Origin: Candidatus Saccharimonadota bacterium
Lineage (GTDB): Bacteria; Pseudomonadota; Gammaproteobacteria; Enterobacterales; Enterobacteriaceae
Assembly (NCBI RefSeq): GCF_964059045.1
Contig: NZ_OZ060402.1
Coordinates: 150,001-182,000, forward strand
Reading direction: 5' to 3'
Length of the DNA: 32,000 nt
The notes beneath the pieces were generated by a model that saw only the letters and a program-made list of their open reading frames with translations, did no database searches and was not told the origin of the DNA. Below are positions 20,872-30,614 of the stretch, one piece after another. The translations under genes and the position numbers were made by a program. Within the stretch, counting starts at the first letter, position 1. Every line of letters starts with the position of its first letter.

Positions 20872-21834
20872 ATGATGAATAGTTTTTTAACATTTCCGTT
20901 ATGTATTGAATTAATTTTTTTTGTTTTTTTTGTTGTTTTTTGCAATATACTATTAAAAAGAAAATATCAATTAATATTTTTTAATTTGAAATCAGCTTGT
21001 ATTTTTTCATTTTTTTGGATTTTTATTTCTTTTTTATTTGCTTTTTTTCTTTGGCTGGTGCTAATTCAAACGATTGATAAATCAACAGCAGATAGTATGA
21101 CTATGACTTATATCTCTGTATATCTTCTTGAAAAATTTTTATCTATTGATAATGTTTGTATTTGGTTTATGATATTTAAATATTTTTCAATACCATTAAT
21201 ATATCAATATAAAGTATTAATGTATGGAATTTTTAGTGCTATTTTTTTTAGAATAATTATTACTTTTTTTGGTTTGATATTATTATTTAAATATCATTGG
21301 GTTTTATATTTTTTTTCTTTATTATTGTTATTTAGTGGTTTAAAAATTATTTTTTATAAAGAAAAAACAAATCTTATTTTAAAAAAAAACAAATTAATGA
21401 TATTTTTATATAAAATATTTAGAATTACTAATTCTATTCAACAAGAAAAATTTTTTATAAAAAAAAATAATATTTTATATGTCACTCCATTATTTGTTGC
21501 TTTAATTATGATTGAAATTAGTGATATATTTTTTTCGATAGATAGTATTACTGCTATTTTTTCTATTACTAATGATCCTTTTATTATTATTACTTCTAAT
21601 ATATTTTCTATATTTGGATTAAGATCGATTTATTTTTTATTGGCTCTAATTCATCATCAATTTCATTCTTTTAAATATGGATTTGCTTCAATTTTAATAT
21701 TTATTGGAATAAAAACTTTGATTTTAGATTTTTTAATTATTTCTATACAAACAACTTTATTTATTATTGTTTGTATATTAATAATAACTATTATATATAA
21801 TATTTTTTTTAAAAAATATTTTTATATTAAATAA
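20872..21834 (+). CDS. alx: TerC-family integral membrane protein, orthologue of E. coli Alx/YgjT
   Basis: 320 aa against 321 aa for E. coli Alx. It has the two TerC signature half-sites (YLLEKFLSIDNVCIWFMIF and EISDIFFSIDSITAIF). The stretch KFFIKKNNILYVTPLFVALIMIEISDIFFSIDSITAIFSITNDPFIIITSNIFSIFGLRSIYFLL closely parallels E. coli Alx as I recall it. Confidence 0.88.
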   Translation: MMNSFLTFPLCIELIFFVFFVVFCNILLKRKYQLIFFNLKSACIFSFFWIFISFLFAFFLWLVLIQTIDKSTADSMTMTYISVYLLEKFLSIDNVCIWFMIFKYFSIPLIYQYKVLMYGIFSAIFFRIIITFFGLILLFKYHWVLYFFSLLLLFSGLKIIFYKEKTNLILKKNKLMIFLYKIFRITNSIQQEKFFIKKNNILYVTPLFVALIMIEISDIFFSIDSITAIFSITNDPFIIITSNIFSIFGLRSIYFLLALIHHQFHSFKYGFASILIFIGIKTLILDFLIISIQTTLFIIVCILIITIIYNIFFKKYFYIK

Positions 21835-22022
21835 TTTTTCAAAAAAAAAAATTATATATTTTATATATATATTTAATAATAAAAATAAAAAATATTTTAT
21901 ATATGATTAATTTATAATCATGTTATTTTTTTTAGATAATATTGATATCTTGCTTGTTTCTATTTATAGATTTATTCTATGAATCAAAATTAATTATTTA
22001 GTTATATAATAAAGAATATAAT

Positions 22023-23321
22023 ATGCATCAAAATATAATACGTAATTTTCATTTAGATAAAGAAAAAATATTATCCTTATGGTTGTTGGAATTAGAAAAT
22101 CAATGTAAAGATATATATACTACTAGTTTATGTAATATTAAATTAGTAGCTAATAAATTACAATTATTAGATCAAGAATCTTTTATTTTTATTGTTACTG
22201 GAACTAATGGTAAAGGTACAACATGTTTAGTATTAGAACAATTATTAATATATTCTGGTTATCGTGTAGGATTGTATACTTCTCCACATTTGATTAAATA
22301 TATTGAACGCGTTAGAATTAATGGAAAATATTTATCACCATTAGAACATATTTTAGCATTTTCTGAAATAGAATTTGAAAAAAATAATATTGCATTAACT
22401 TATTTTGAATTTATTACTTTGTCAGCTTTGTTTCTTTTTAAGAAAGAAAGATTAGATGTTTTAATATTAGAAGTAGGTATTGGTGGAAGATTGGACGCAA
22501 CAAATATTATCAATGCTGATGTTTCAATTATCACTAATATTGCTATTGATCATGCTCAATTATTAGGATGTGATCGTGAAAGCATTGGTTTTGAAAAATC
22601 AGATATATTTAGAAATAAAAAAATAGCTATTATAGGAGATAAAAATATTCCTCACAGTGTTTATAATACTGTCAAAGAAAGAAATGTGATATTAAAAAAG
22701 ATTGGTCATGATTGGAAATGGAAAGTAAATGATAATAGTTGGGATTTTTTTAGTAAAAATGATTGTTTTACTGATTTACCTTTTCCTAAAGTATCTTTAA
22801 CCAATGTTGTTACAGCTATAGCGGCATTATGTTATTCTGGTCTTTATTTTTCAAAAAATAATATTAAAAATGTTATAAAAAATTTATGGTTGCCTGGAAG
22901 ATTTCATATAATTTATAAAAATCCATTAGTTATACTGGATGTATGTCATAATCCTCATGCTGCTATACATTTATCGCAAAAATTATTAAAGATTAAAAAA
23001 AATAAGGTTATACATTCGGTATTGGCAATATTAAAAGATAAAGATATCGATGGTTTTTTATCTCCTTTGCTGCCATTAGTAAATTTTTGGTATTGTGCTA
23101 GTTTAGATCATCCAAGAAGTGCATTAGGAAAAAATTTAATTAAATATTTACCAAATTCTGCTAAATTATTTCAAAATATTCCAGATGCTTTTGTTGATGC
23201 ATTTTATAATGCTTGTCAAGATGATATTATTTTAGTTTTAGGATCTTTTATGACTGTTTCAGAAATATTATTTTTTATAGAAAATGAGCAATTTTTTAAA
23301 ACAGAACATTTAAAAATATAA
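22023..23321 (+). CDS. folC: Bifunctional folylpolyglutamate synthase / dihydrofolate synthase
   Basis: 432 aa. The P-loop VTGTNGKGTTC, YTSPHLIKYIERVRING, LEVGIGGRLDATNII, LPGRFHII and DVCHNPHAA are collinear with E. coli FolC. Confidence 0.95.
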   Translation: MHQNIIRNFHLDKEKILSLWLLELENQCKDIYTTSLCNIKLVANKLQLLDQESFIFIVTGTNGKGTTCLVLEQLLIYSGYRVGLYTSPHLIKYIERVRINGKYLSPLEHILAFSEIEFEKNNIALTYFEFITLSALFLFKKERLDVLILEVGIGGRLDATNIINADVSIITNIAIDHAQLLGCDRESIGFEKSDIFRNKKIAIIGDKNIPHSVYNTVKERNVILKKIGHDWKWKVNDNSWDFFSKNDCFTDLPFPKVSLTNVVTAIAALCYSGLYFSKNNIKNVIKNLWLPGRFHIIYKNPLVILDVCHNPHAAIHLSQKLLKIKKNKVIHSVLAILKDKDIDGFLSPLLPLVNFWYCASLDHPRSALGKNLIKYLPNSAKLFQNIPDAFVDAFYNACQDDIILVLGSFMTVSEILFFIENEQFFKTEHLKI

Positions 23322-23432
23322 TGGTAAAATAAAATTTGAAAATATATATATTGATTTAATAATTTTTGTATAGAATTGTATATATTATAAAAAATAAAAT
23401 ATTTTGAATATTAAATTATTAATATTGAATCA

Positions 23433-23465
23433 AGTCTTAAGATATATTAATATTATCCCAAGACT
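23433..23465. terminator. Weak imperfect hairpin between convergent folC and prs
   Basis: AGTCTT (23433-23438) pairs with AAGACT (23460-23465), and four more inner pairs follow a 2x2 internal loop. The energy is low and there is no clear U-tail, so this is a tentative call. Confidence 0.25.
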
Positions 23466-23592
23466 AGATATAAAAACATGTTTTTTATTATTATATATTT
23501 TTAAAATTAATATATTATTTTAAAAAATATATAATATATTGATTATAAATATTTTTATATTTTTTTATATATAAATGAATATAAAAATATTT

Positions 23593-24540
23593 TTAATGTT
23601 CAAACATGGCTGAAATAGATTCTTCATTACTAATTCTTCTGATTGCTTCTGACAACATACCTGCTAATGTTAATGTTCTTACATTTGGTAAATTTTTTAT
23701 TTCTGCTGTTAAAGGAATAGTATCTGACACAACAACTTCATCAATACATGATTGTTTTAAATTTATTAGTGCATTTCCAGAAAAAATAGGATGTGTTGCG
23801 TAAGCAAATACTCTTCTAGCTCCTCTTTTTTTTAACGCTTCAGCAGCATGGCAAATAGTTCCGCCAGTATCAATAATATCATCTACTAGAATACAATCTC
23901 GTTCTGCAACATCTCCAATAACATGCATGACTTTTGATATATTAGAATTTGTTCTTCTTTTATCAATTATAGCCATGTCAGTGTCATATAACAATTTTGC
24001 AATTGCTCTAGCTCTGATAACTCCTCCGATGTCAGGAGAAACTACAATTGGGTTTTCTAGATTAATTTTTAACATATCTTCTAATAAAATTAAGCTACCA
24101 AAAACATTGTCTACTGGAACGTCAAAAAAACCCTGAATTTGTTCAGCATGTAAATCTACGGTTAATATTCTATCTACACCAATACTCGAAAGAAAATCAG
24201 CAACAACTTTAGCAGTAATAGGAACACGTGCTGAACGAACTCTTCTATCTTGTCTAGAATATCCAAAATAAGGAATAACAGCAGTAATTCTTCCTGCAGA
24301 AGCACGTCTTAAAGCATCGATGATAACTATTAATTCCATTAAGTTATCGTTTGTTGGTGCACAAGTAGATTGAATAATAAAAATATCTCCACCACGAACA
24401 TTTTCATTGATTTGCACACTTACTTCTCCATCACTAAACCTTCCAACTGAAGCTTTTCCTAAATTAGTATATAATCTATCAGCTATAGATTTAGCTAATT
24501 CTGGTATAGCATTGCCAGAGAATAATTTCATATCTGTCAT
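23593..24540 (-). CDS. prs: Ribose-phosphate pyrophosphokinase (PRPP synthetase)
   Basis: 315 aa, very highly conserved with E. coli Prs: [72 protein letters not shown], and the C-terminus [10 protein letters not shown]. Confidence 0.98.
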   Translation of the reverse strand: MTDMKLFSGNAIPELAKSIADRLYTNLGKASVGRFSDGEVSVQINENVRGGDIFIIQSTCAPTNDNLMELIVIIDALRRASAGRITAVIPYFGYSRQDRRVRSARVPITAKVVADFLSSIGVDRILTVDLHAEQIQGFFDVPVDNVFGSLILLEDMLKINLENPIVVSPDIGGVIRARAIAKLLYDTDMAIIDKRRTNSNISKVMHVIGDVAERDCILVDDIIDTGGTICHAAEALKKRGARRVFAYATHPIFSGNALINLKQSCIDEVVVSDTIPLTAEIKNLPNVRTLTLAGMLSEAIRRISNEESISAMFEH

Positions 24541-25320
24541 AAAAAACCTTGAATTGTTATCATTAATGATATTTATTATTAAATTTATTTTTGTATGTTA
24601 TATATGATAAATATATATCAATAACAGATTTATAGAAATAAATTATATTAATAAATTCAATTGTATGTGATTAATATTGTTAAGCGTTATAGATATATAT
24701 TATGCAATTTTGATATATTTTCTATGATTATTGTATTACTTGATGAATAAATTTTATTTTTTTGATATATATAATATGATGAATTGTGTATTTTATTTTT
24801 TTATCTTTGATTATTAATATATATATGAATATATATATTGGATTTTTTAATTAATTATTAATATTCTTATTTTAAAAATATTAATCAAAAAATTATTTTA
24901 TATTTTATTAATTTTTGAATTATTATTTTATAATATTATTTAATGATATAAAAATATTTTTTCAAAATAATATAGAAATTATATTTATTCTATTTTTATT
25001 GCAGTTTGTTTTGATAATAATTGTAATATTACAATTTAATTATTTAAATTAATTTTGATTAAAAATTTAGATTTTCACACGTTTGATTAATTTTATAAAT
25101 AATCGATTCATTTATTATAAATTATATAATCTTTTGAAATATAAAATATTATTGATATAATTATACTATTTTAGTGATATTAGTATATTCTCCTGTTATA
25201 TATTGTTGAGTTATTGAGATTTAATATTAACATAATATATATATATTTAGATTTAATTTAATGATGAATGATAGTAATATTAATTCATACACATTACAAT
25301 GGAATAGGTTATATATAAGA

Positions 25321-26409
25321 ATGAAAAGTTCTATTGTTATAAAGTTAGAAACTTTAATTCATAGATATAAAGAATTAGAACTTATGCTTGCAAATTCTAC
25401 AATTATTAATAATCAAGATCAGTTTCAATTATTATCTCGTGAGTATTTAGATTTATCAGAAATTTCTAATTGTTTTATTGAATGGAAACAAATAATAAAT
25501 GATATTCAAACATATCAAGATTTATTAAAAGATTGTGAGTTAGCTACTTTAGCTAAAAAAGAAATTGAAATAGCTAAAAATAAAAAACTGTTATTAGAAA
25601 AACAATTAAAAATATTATTATTACCTCAAGATCCAAACGATCAATTAAGTTGTTTTATTGAAATCCGTGCAGCAACCGGTGGTGATGAAGCAGCAATTTT
25701 TGCAGGTGAATTGTTTAAAATGTATGCTCGTTATTCTGAATTTTGCCATTGGAATGTAGATATTGTTAATGTTAGTTTAGGAGAAAAAGGTGGCTATAAA
25801 GAAATTATTGCTAAAATTCAAGGGAAAAATGTTTGTGGAAGATTAAAATTTGAATCAGGAGGACATCGCGTGCAACGGATTCCACAGACTGAATCACAAG
25901 GTAGAATTCATACTTCTACTTGTACAGTAGCTATTATGCCTGTTGTACCAGATACTAAAAAAATAATAATTAATCCAAGTGACTTAAAAATTGATACTTT
26001 TCGTTCTTCAGGAGCAGGAGGTCAACATGTTAATACTACTGACTCAGCTATCAGAATTACTCATATACCAACTGGATATGTAGTTGAATGTCAAGATGAA
26101 CGCTCACAACATAAAAACAAAGCTAAAGCATTATCTGTTTTATCATCTAGAATTTATTCTGCAGAAGTAGCCAATCGTCATGAAAAAAATTCTTTAATTC
26201 GTAAAAATTTATTAGGTACTGGTGATAGATCCGATCGTAATAGAACTTATAATTTTCCTCAAAATCGAGTAACAGATCATAGAATTAATTTAACATTGTA
26301 TTCTTTAAATGAAATTTTAGAAGGTAAATTAGATATTTTAATTGATCCTATTATACAAGATTATCAAGCTAGTCAGTTTTCTTCTTTGTCTCATGTAGAT
26401 AAAAAATGA
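25321..26409 (+). CDS. prfA: Peptide chain release factor 1
   Basis: I place the start at [10 protein letters not shown] (compare E. coli MKPSIVAKLE). The ORF-track start at 25261 adds 20 non-homologous residues. The PxT-type region ([14 protein letters not shown]) and the GGQ motif ([19 protein letters not shown]) are present. Confidence 0.95.
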   Translation: MKSSIVIKLETLIHRYKELELMLANSTIINNQDQFQLLSREYLDLSEISNCFIEWKQIINDIQTYQDLLKDCELATLAKKEIEIAKNKKLLLEKQLKILLLPQDPNDQLSCFIEIRAATGGDEAAIFAGELFKMYARYSEFCHWNVDIVNVSLGEKGGYKEIIAKIQGKNVCGRLKFESGGHRVQRIPQTESQGRIHTSTCTVAIMPVVPDTKKIIINPSDLKIDTFRSSGAGGQHVNTTDSAIRITHIPTGYVVECQDERSQHKNKAKALSVLSSRIYSAEVANRHEKNSLIRKNLLGTGDRSDRNRTYNFPQNRVTDHRINLTLYSLNEILEGKLDILIDPIIQDYQASQFSSLSHVDKK

Positions 26410-27248
26410 ATATTTCTAATTGGTCAAAATTAGCTTATCAAAAATTAATAAATGTTCATAATTGTCAATTAGATATAGAAGTATTATTAATGTTTGTATT
26501 AAAAAAAAATAAAAGTTGGATCATTGGTTTTAATGATTATCAATTATCTTTAAAAGAAATCAATCAATTAGATCAATTGTTAATAAGACGTTCATTAGGT
26601 GAACCGATCGCTTATTTAATAGGTGAAAAAGAATTTTGGTCACTTGTTTTTAGAGTATCAAAAGATACTTTTATACCAAGACCGGATTCTGAGATATTGG
26701 TGGAATTATGTTTACATAAATTATGTGATGTAAAGAGAGCAAAAATATTAGATTTAGGCACTGGGTCTGGTGCTATTGCTATATCTATTGCATATAATAA
26801 AAATGACTGTCATGTTGTTGGAGTAGATTATCAACAAAAAATATTGTCTGTTGCACAATATAATGCTAATAAATTGAATATCAAAAATATTAATTTTATA
26901 TTAAGTGATTGGTTTTATTCTTTAAAATCATGTATGTTTGATATTATTGTAAGTAATCCACCATATATTAGTTATAATGAATTTTCTTGCATACAATCTG
27001 TTTTAAAGTATGAACCAATGAATGCTTTAGTTTCTAATTATAATGGTTTAGCTGATATTCAATATATTATTAATAATGCTAGTAATTATTTATATAATCA
27101 TGGATGGTTATTAATTGAACATAGTTGGAATCAAAAAATAATGGTACAAAAAATATTTTTTCAAAATAATTTTATCAATATCAAAACATACAAAGATTTT
27201 GGTAAAAATGATCGTGTAACAATTGGGCAAAAAATAATAAATAAATAA
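26406..27248 (+). CDS. prmC: Release factor glutamine N5-methyltransferase (HemK/PrmC)
   Basis: 280 aa. The SAM-binding [10 protein letters not shown] and the catalytic NPPY (VSNPPYI) are present, along with [14 protein letters not shown]. The start overlaps the prfA stop (ATGA), preserving the E. coli prfA-prmC arrangement. Confidence 0.93.
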   Translation: MNISNWSKLAYQKLINVHNCQLDIEVLLMFVLKKNKSWIIGFNDYQLSLKEINQLDQLLIRRSLGEPIAYLIGEKEFWSLVFRVSKDTFIPRPDSEILVELCLHKLCDVKRAKILDLGTGSGAIAISIAYNKNDCHVVGVDYQQKILSVAQYNANKLNIKNINFILSDWFYSLKSCMFDIIVSNPPYISYNEFSCIQSVLKYEPMNALVSNYNGLADIQYIINNASNYLYNHGWLLIEHSWNQKIMVQKIFFQNNFINIKTYKDFGKNDRVTIGQKIINK

Positions 27249-27298
27249 TTTATTTTAAAATAAAATTTATTTTTTAAAAATTTTCAAAAGGAAATTAT

Positions 27299-28108
27299 AT
27301 GATACCTATATCTAATATTAATTACATAAAAAAATCTTTATTTGAATCCATCATCGCTGTTTTTACTTCTATTAGAAAAGATTTCCCAGTAGAGTATGTA
27401 ACATTAGAATTAGAGTCTAGAATTCAAGAAGCTAAAGATTATATTTGTAATGAAATTAAATTAGATAAAAAAATAAATAAATTATTAGAATTATTTTACC
27501 AAAAGTGGTGTTTTGGAGCTGCTGGTGGAATATATAAAATTTCGGATGTATTATGGATTGATCATGTATTAAAGACTCGTCAAGGAACAGCAGTTTCTTT
27601 AGGAGTAATATTATTACATATTGCAGAACAATTAAGTTTACCTTTGGAACCAGTGATTTTTCCTACTCAATTACTTTTAAGATCTGATTGTTTAGATATT
27701 AAAAATTGTTTAATTAATCCATTTAATGGTGATATTTTAGATAAACATACTTTAAGTGTATGGTTAAAAGGTAATATTAGTCCTACATCAGAATTGTGTG
27801 AGAATGATTTGCAAAAATCTAGTGTATCTAATGTACTTAAAAAAATATTAGATATATTGAAATCTGCATTAATGGAAGAAAAAAAAATGGAATTAGCATT
27901 AAATGTCTCTAATGTATTATTAATAATTAATCCAAATGATCCTTATGAAATTCGTGACAGAGGTTTGATTTATGCTCAATTAGATTGCGATCATATTGCA
28001 TTAACTGATTTAATATATTTTGTAGAACATTGTCCAGAAGATCCTATTAGTGAAATTATAAAAGTACAAATCCATGCCATTGAACAAAAAAAAATTACTT
28101 TACATTAA
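27299..28108 (+). CDS. sirB1: SirB1/YchA-family protein (UPF0162; transglutaminase-like plus TPR-like); function unknown
   Basis: 269 aa, the length of E. coli SirB1. It lies downstream of prfA-prmC, as in the E. coli prfA-prmC-sirB2-sirB1 cluster. The conserved C-terminal block DPYEIRDRGLIYAQLDCDHIALTDLIYFVEHCPEDPISE is present. The family assignment comes from recalled similarity and synteny, not from a database search. Confidence 0.8.
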   Translation: MIPISNINYIKKSLFESIIAVFTSIRKDFPVEYVTLELESRIQEAKDYICNEIKLDKKINKLLELFYQKWCFGAAGGIYKISDVLWIDHVLKTRQGTAVSLGVILLHIAEQLSLPLEPVIFPTQLLLRSDCLDIKNCLINPFNGDILDKHTLSVWLKGNISPTSELCENDLQKSSVSNVLKKILDILKSALMEEKKMELALNVSNVLLIINPNDPYEIRDRGLIYAQLDCDHIALTDLIYFVEHCPEDPISEIIKVQIHAIEQKKITLH

Positions 28109-28165
28109 ATTAGATATATATATTGCATATATATTGTATATATGCAATATATATATCTAATTTAA
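28105..28165. terminator. 61-bp near-perfect palindrome (29-bp arms, 3-nt centre) between convergent sirB1 and nadE; probable bidirectional terminator
   Basis: I checked it base by base. 28105-28133 (TTAAATTAGATATATATATTGCATATATA) pairs perfectly with 28137-28165. The centre is T-T-G at 28134-28136. The left arm includes the sirB1 TAA stop (28106-28108). The right arm ends 45 nt before the nadE stop codon. Confidence 0.7.
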
Positions 28166-28209
28166 ATTTTAATATTATTAAAGAAAATTTTTATTAAAAT
28201 AAATATTTA

Positions 28210-29037
28210 TTATTTAAGAAGAAATTGATTTATTTTTGTAATTGGCATCATTCTTTTATGTTTGGTTTGATTGTATAATGATTCTATTTTTTTTTTACTA
28301 ATTTTATTAATGTTTTTTCCTTCTAAATAATCATCAATATCATTGTAAGTAATTTTTAAGATTTCTTCATCTGTTTGATTAGGTTTTTCATCTTCTAAAT
28401 CAGGTTTTGGATCTTTAAGATATAAATGTGATGGACAATTTAATGTTTGTAGTAATTTTTTACCTTGTTTTTTATTAAATCTAGCAATTGGATTAATATC
28501 TGAAGCTCCATCTCCAAATTTTGTAAAAAATCCAGTAATATACTCTGCAGCATGACCAGTCCCTACAACTATACCTTGATACATAGAAGCAATACTGTAT
28601 TGTATTTTCATTCTTTCTCTTGATTTTTGATTTCCACGCACATAATCTGAAATTGTAATTCCTGATTTTTTTAAAGATAATTCACTCATTAATATTGTAT
28701 CTTGAATATTTATTGTATATGTATAATTGGGTTGAATATATTTCAAAGCATCTTGACAATCTTTTTCATCATTTTGTATTCCATAAGGCATACGTACAGC
28801 AATTAAATTATATGATAAATCATTTTTTTTAGTTCTGATTTTTTGTATAGCCATTTGACATAATTTTCCTGTTAATGTGGAATCTTGACCACCACTAATA
28901 CCTACTACAAGAGTTTTTATTTTTGGGTTTTGATTTAAATACAATTCAATTAAATTAATACATTTTTGAATTTCTTTTTTTGAATTTATTACTGGTTTTA
29001 CATTTAATAATTTTATGATGTATTTTTGCAAATTCAT
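28210..29037 (-). CDS. nadE: NH3-dependent NAD+ synthetase
   Basis: 275 aa, the same as E. coli. The PP-loop [10 protein letters not shown] is present, along with [19 protein letters not shown] and [14 protein letters not shown]. Confidence 0.96.
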   Translation of the reverse strand: MNLQKYIIKLLNVKPVINSKKEIQKCINLIELYLNQNPKIKTLVVGISGGQDSTLTGKLCQMAIQKIRTKKNDLSYNLIAVRMPYGIQNDEKDCQDALKYIQPNYTYTINIQDTILMSELSLKKSGITISDYVRGNQKSRERMKIQYSIASMYQGIVVGTGHAAEYITGFFTKFGDGASDINPIARFNKKQGKKLLQTLNCPSHLYLKDPKPDLEDEKPNQTDEEILKITYNDIDDYLEGKNINKISKKKIESLYNQTKHKRMMPITKINQFLLK

Positions 29038-29342
29038 GTTTTCTCGTTATAGTTATGTTAATGTATGTTAATTAAAAATATTTTTAATTTTTATATAAAA
29101 ATTATAGTAATAATAAATAATTTTTTACAAAAAAATTGATTTTAAAAAAAAATAAATTATTGCATATATAAAACATTTTTAAAATTGTATCAATATTTTT
29201 AAAAAAGATTTAGTATTGTTATAATATGTATTATATTGCACTAGATTAAAAAAAAATATGTGTTATTATTATTTTTAATAAAGATTTAATGGTTACTAGA
29301 TAAAAAATAAATTTTATTTATGGTTAATAATTACATATATTT

Positions 29343-30566
29343 ATGAAAAAAAAAAAATTAATATTGGTTTTAAATTGTGGTAGTTCTTCTTTAAAATTTT
29401 CTATTATTAATCCAGATAATGAAATCTGCTATCTTTCTGGAATAGCAGAGTGTTTATATTTAAATAATTCACAAATAAAATGGAATTGCAATAATATACA
29501 ATATCAAAAATTATTTTTAAATCCTATGTCTCATGAAAATATTTTTGATTTTATTTTGAAAAAAATTTTTATTACTGAAAAAGCAATTTTTTCTCAAGTG
29601 GTAGCAATAGGACATAGAGTAGTGCATGGTGGTATAAAATTAACAAGTACTACTATTATTAATAATAAAGTCATTAATGAAATTAAAAAAGCAATTATTT
29701 TTTCACCTATTCATAATCCTGTAAATTTAATGGGTATTCAATTAACATTAAATACATTTCCTGAATTATCAAAAAAAAATGTAGCTGTCTTTGATACTGC
29801 TTTTTACAAAAATATTCCAAAAAAAGCATATTTATATGCTATTCCTTATTATTTATATCATGATTATGGTATTAGAAGGTATGGCGCTCATGGAATTAGT
29901 CATCAGTATGTTATGTATCAAACATCAGTCATATTAAATAAAAAAATAAATCAATTAAATATGATTAGTTGTCATTTAGGTAATGGCTCTTCTGTATCTG
30001 CAATTTATAAAGGTATTTGTGTAGATACATCTATGGGTTTAACACCATTGGAAGGGTTAGTCATGGGAACTAGAAGTGGTGATATAGATCCTTCTATTAT
30101 TTTTTTTATGTATAAAAAATTAAAAATATCTATAAATGAAATTAATACTATTTTAACATTTAAATCTGGTTTATTAGGATTAAGTAATATTAGTAGTGAT
30201 TTCAGGGATGTAGAATCACAATATTATATTAACAAAAAAGCAAAATATGCTGTGGATGTTTTTTGTTATCGTTTAAAAAAATACATTTCTTCATATATTT
30301 CTTTAATGAATGGTGTATTAGATGGTATTGTTTTTACTGGTGGAATTGGAGAAAATTCTCCTTTAGTCAGAAAATTAAGTATAGATAATTTGTCATTAAT
30401 GGGTTTAATCTCTATCGATGAAGAAAAAAATAATAATTTTAAAAAACAAAAAAATCATTTTATTAATACTAATGGTAGTATTCCAATATTAGTTATTCCT
30501 ACAAATGAAGAACTAGCTATTGCTAAAAAAACAAAAAAGTGTATTAATGTACAATCTATTCAATGA
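29343..30566 (+). CDS. ackA: Acetate kinase
   Basis: 407 aa. LVLNCGSSSLKF, IGHRVVHGG, VAVFDTAF, IRRYGAHGISH, CHLGNGSSVSAI, DTSMGLTPLEGLVMGTRSGDIDP, VFTGGIGENS and IPTNEELAIA are present. Confidence 0.97.
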   Translation: MKKKKLILVLNCGSSSLKFSIINPDNEICYLSGIAECLYLNNSQIKWNCNNIQYQKLFLNPMSHENIFDFILKKIFITEKAIFSQVVAIGHRVVHGGIKLTSTTIINNKVINEIKKAIIFSPIHNPVNLMGIQLTLNTFPELSKKNVAVFDTAFYKNIPKKAYLYAIPYYLYHDYGIRRYGAHGISHQYVMYQTSVILNKKINQLNMISCHLGNGSSVSAIYKGICVDTSMGLTPLEGLVMGTRSGDIDPSIIFFMYKKLKISINEINTILTFKSGLLGLSNISSDFRDVESQYYINKKAKYAVDVFCYRLKKYISSYISLMNGVLDGIVFTGGIGENSPLVRKLSIDNLSLMGLISIDEEKNNNFKKQKNHFINTNGSIPILVIPTNEELAIAKKTKKCINVQSIQ

Positions 30567-30614
30567 AGTTTATAATAAATTATCTATTGTATAATTATTT
30601 TGATTAAGAGAGTT

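Noticed and set aside
29217-29225. Extended -10-like TGTTATAAT upstream of ackA, a TTGATT/TATAAT pair upstream of rpsT (1243-1268), and other sigma-70-like hexamers
   Set aside because: TATAAT-like hexamers occur every few tens of bases in these spacers. The rpsT pair has a 14-nt spacer, which is too short, and the ackA candidate lacks a -35. No sigma-70 promoter call is defensible without TSS data.
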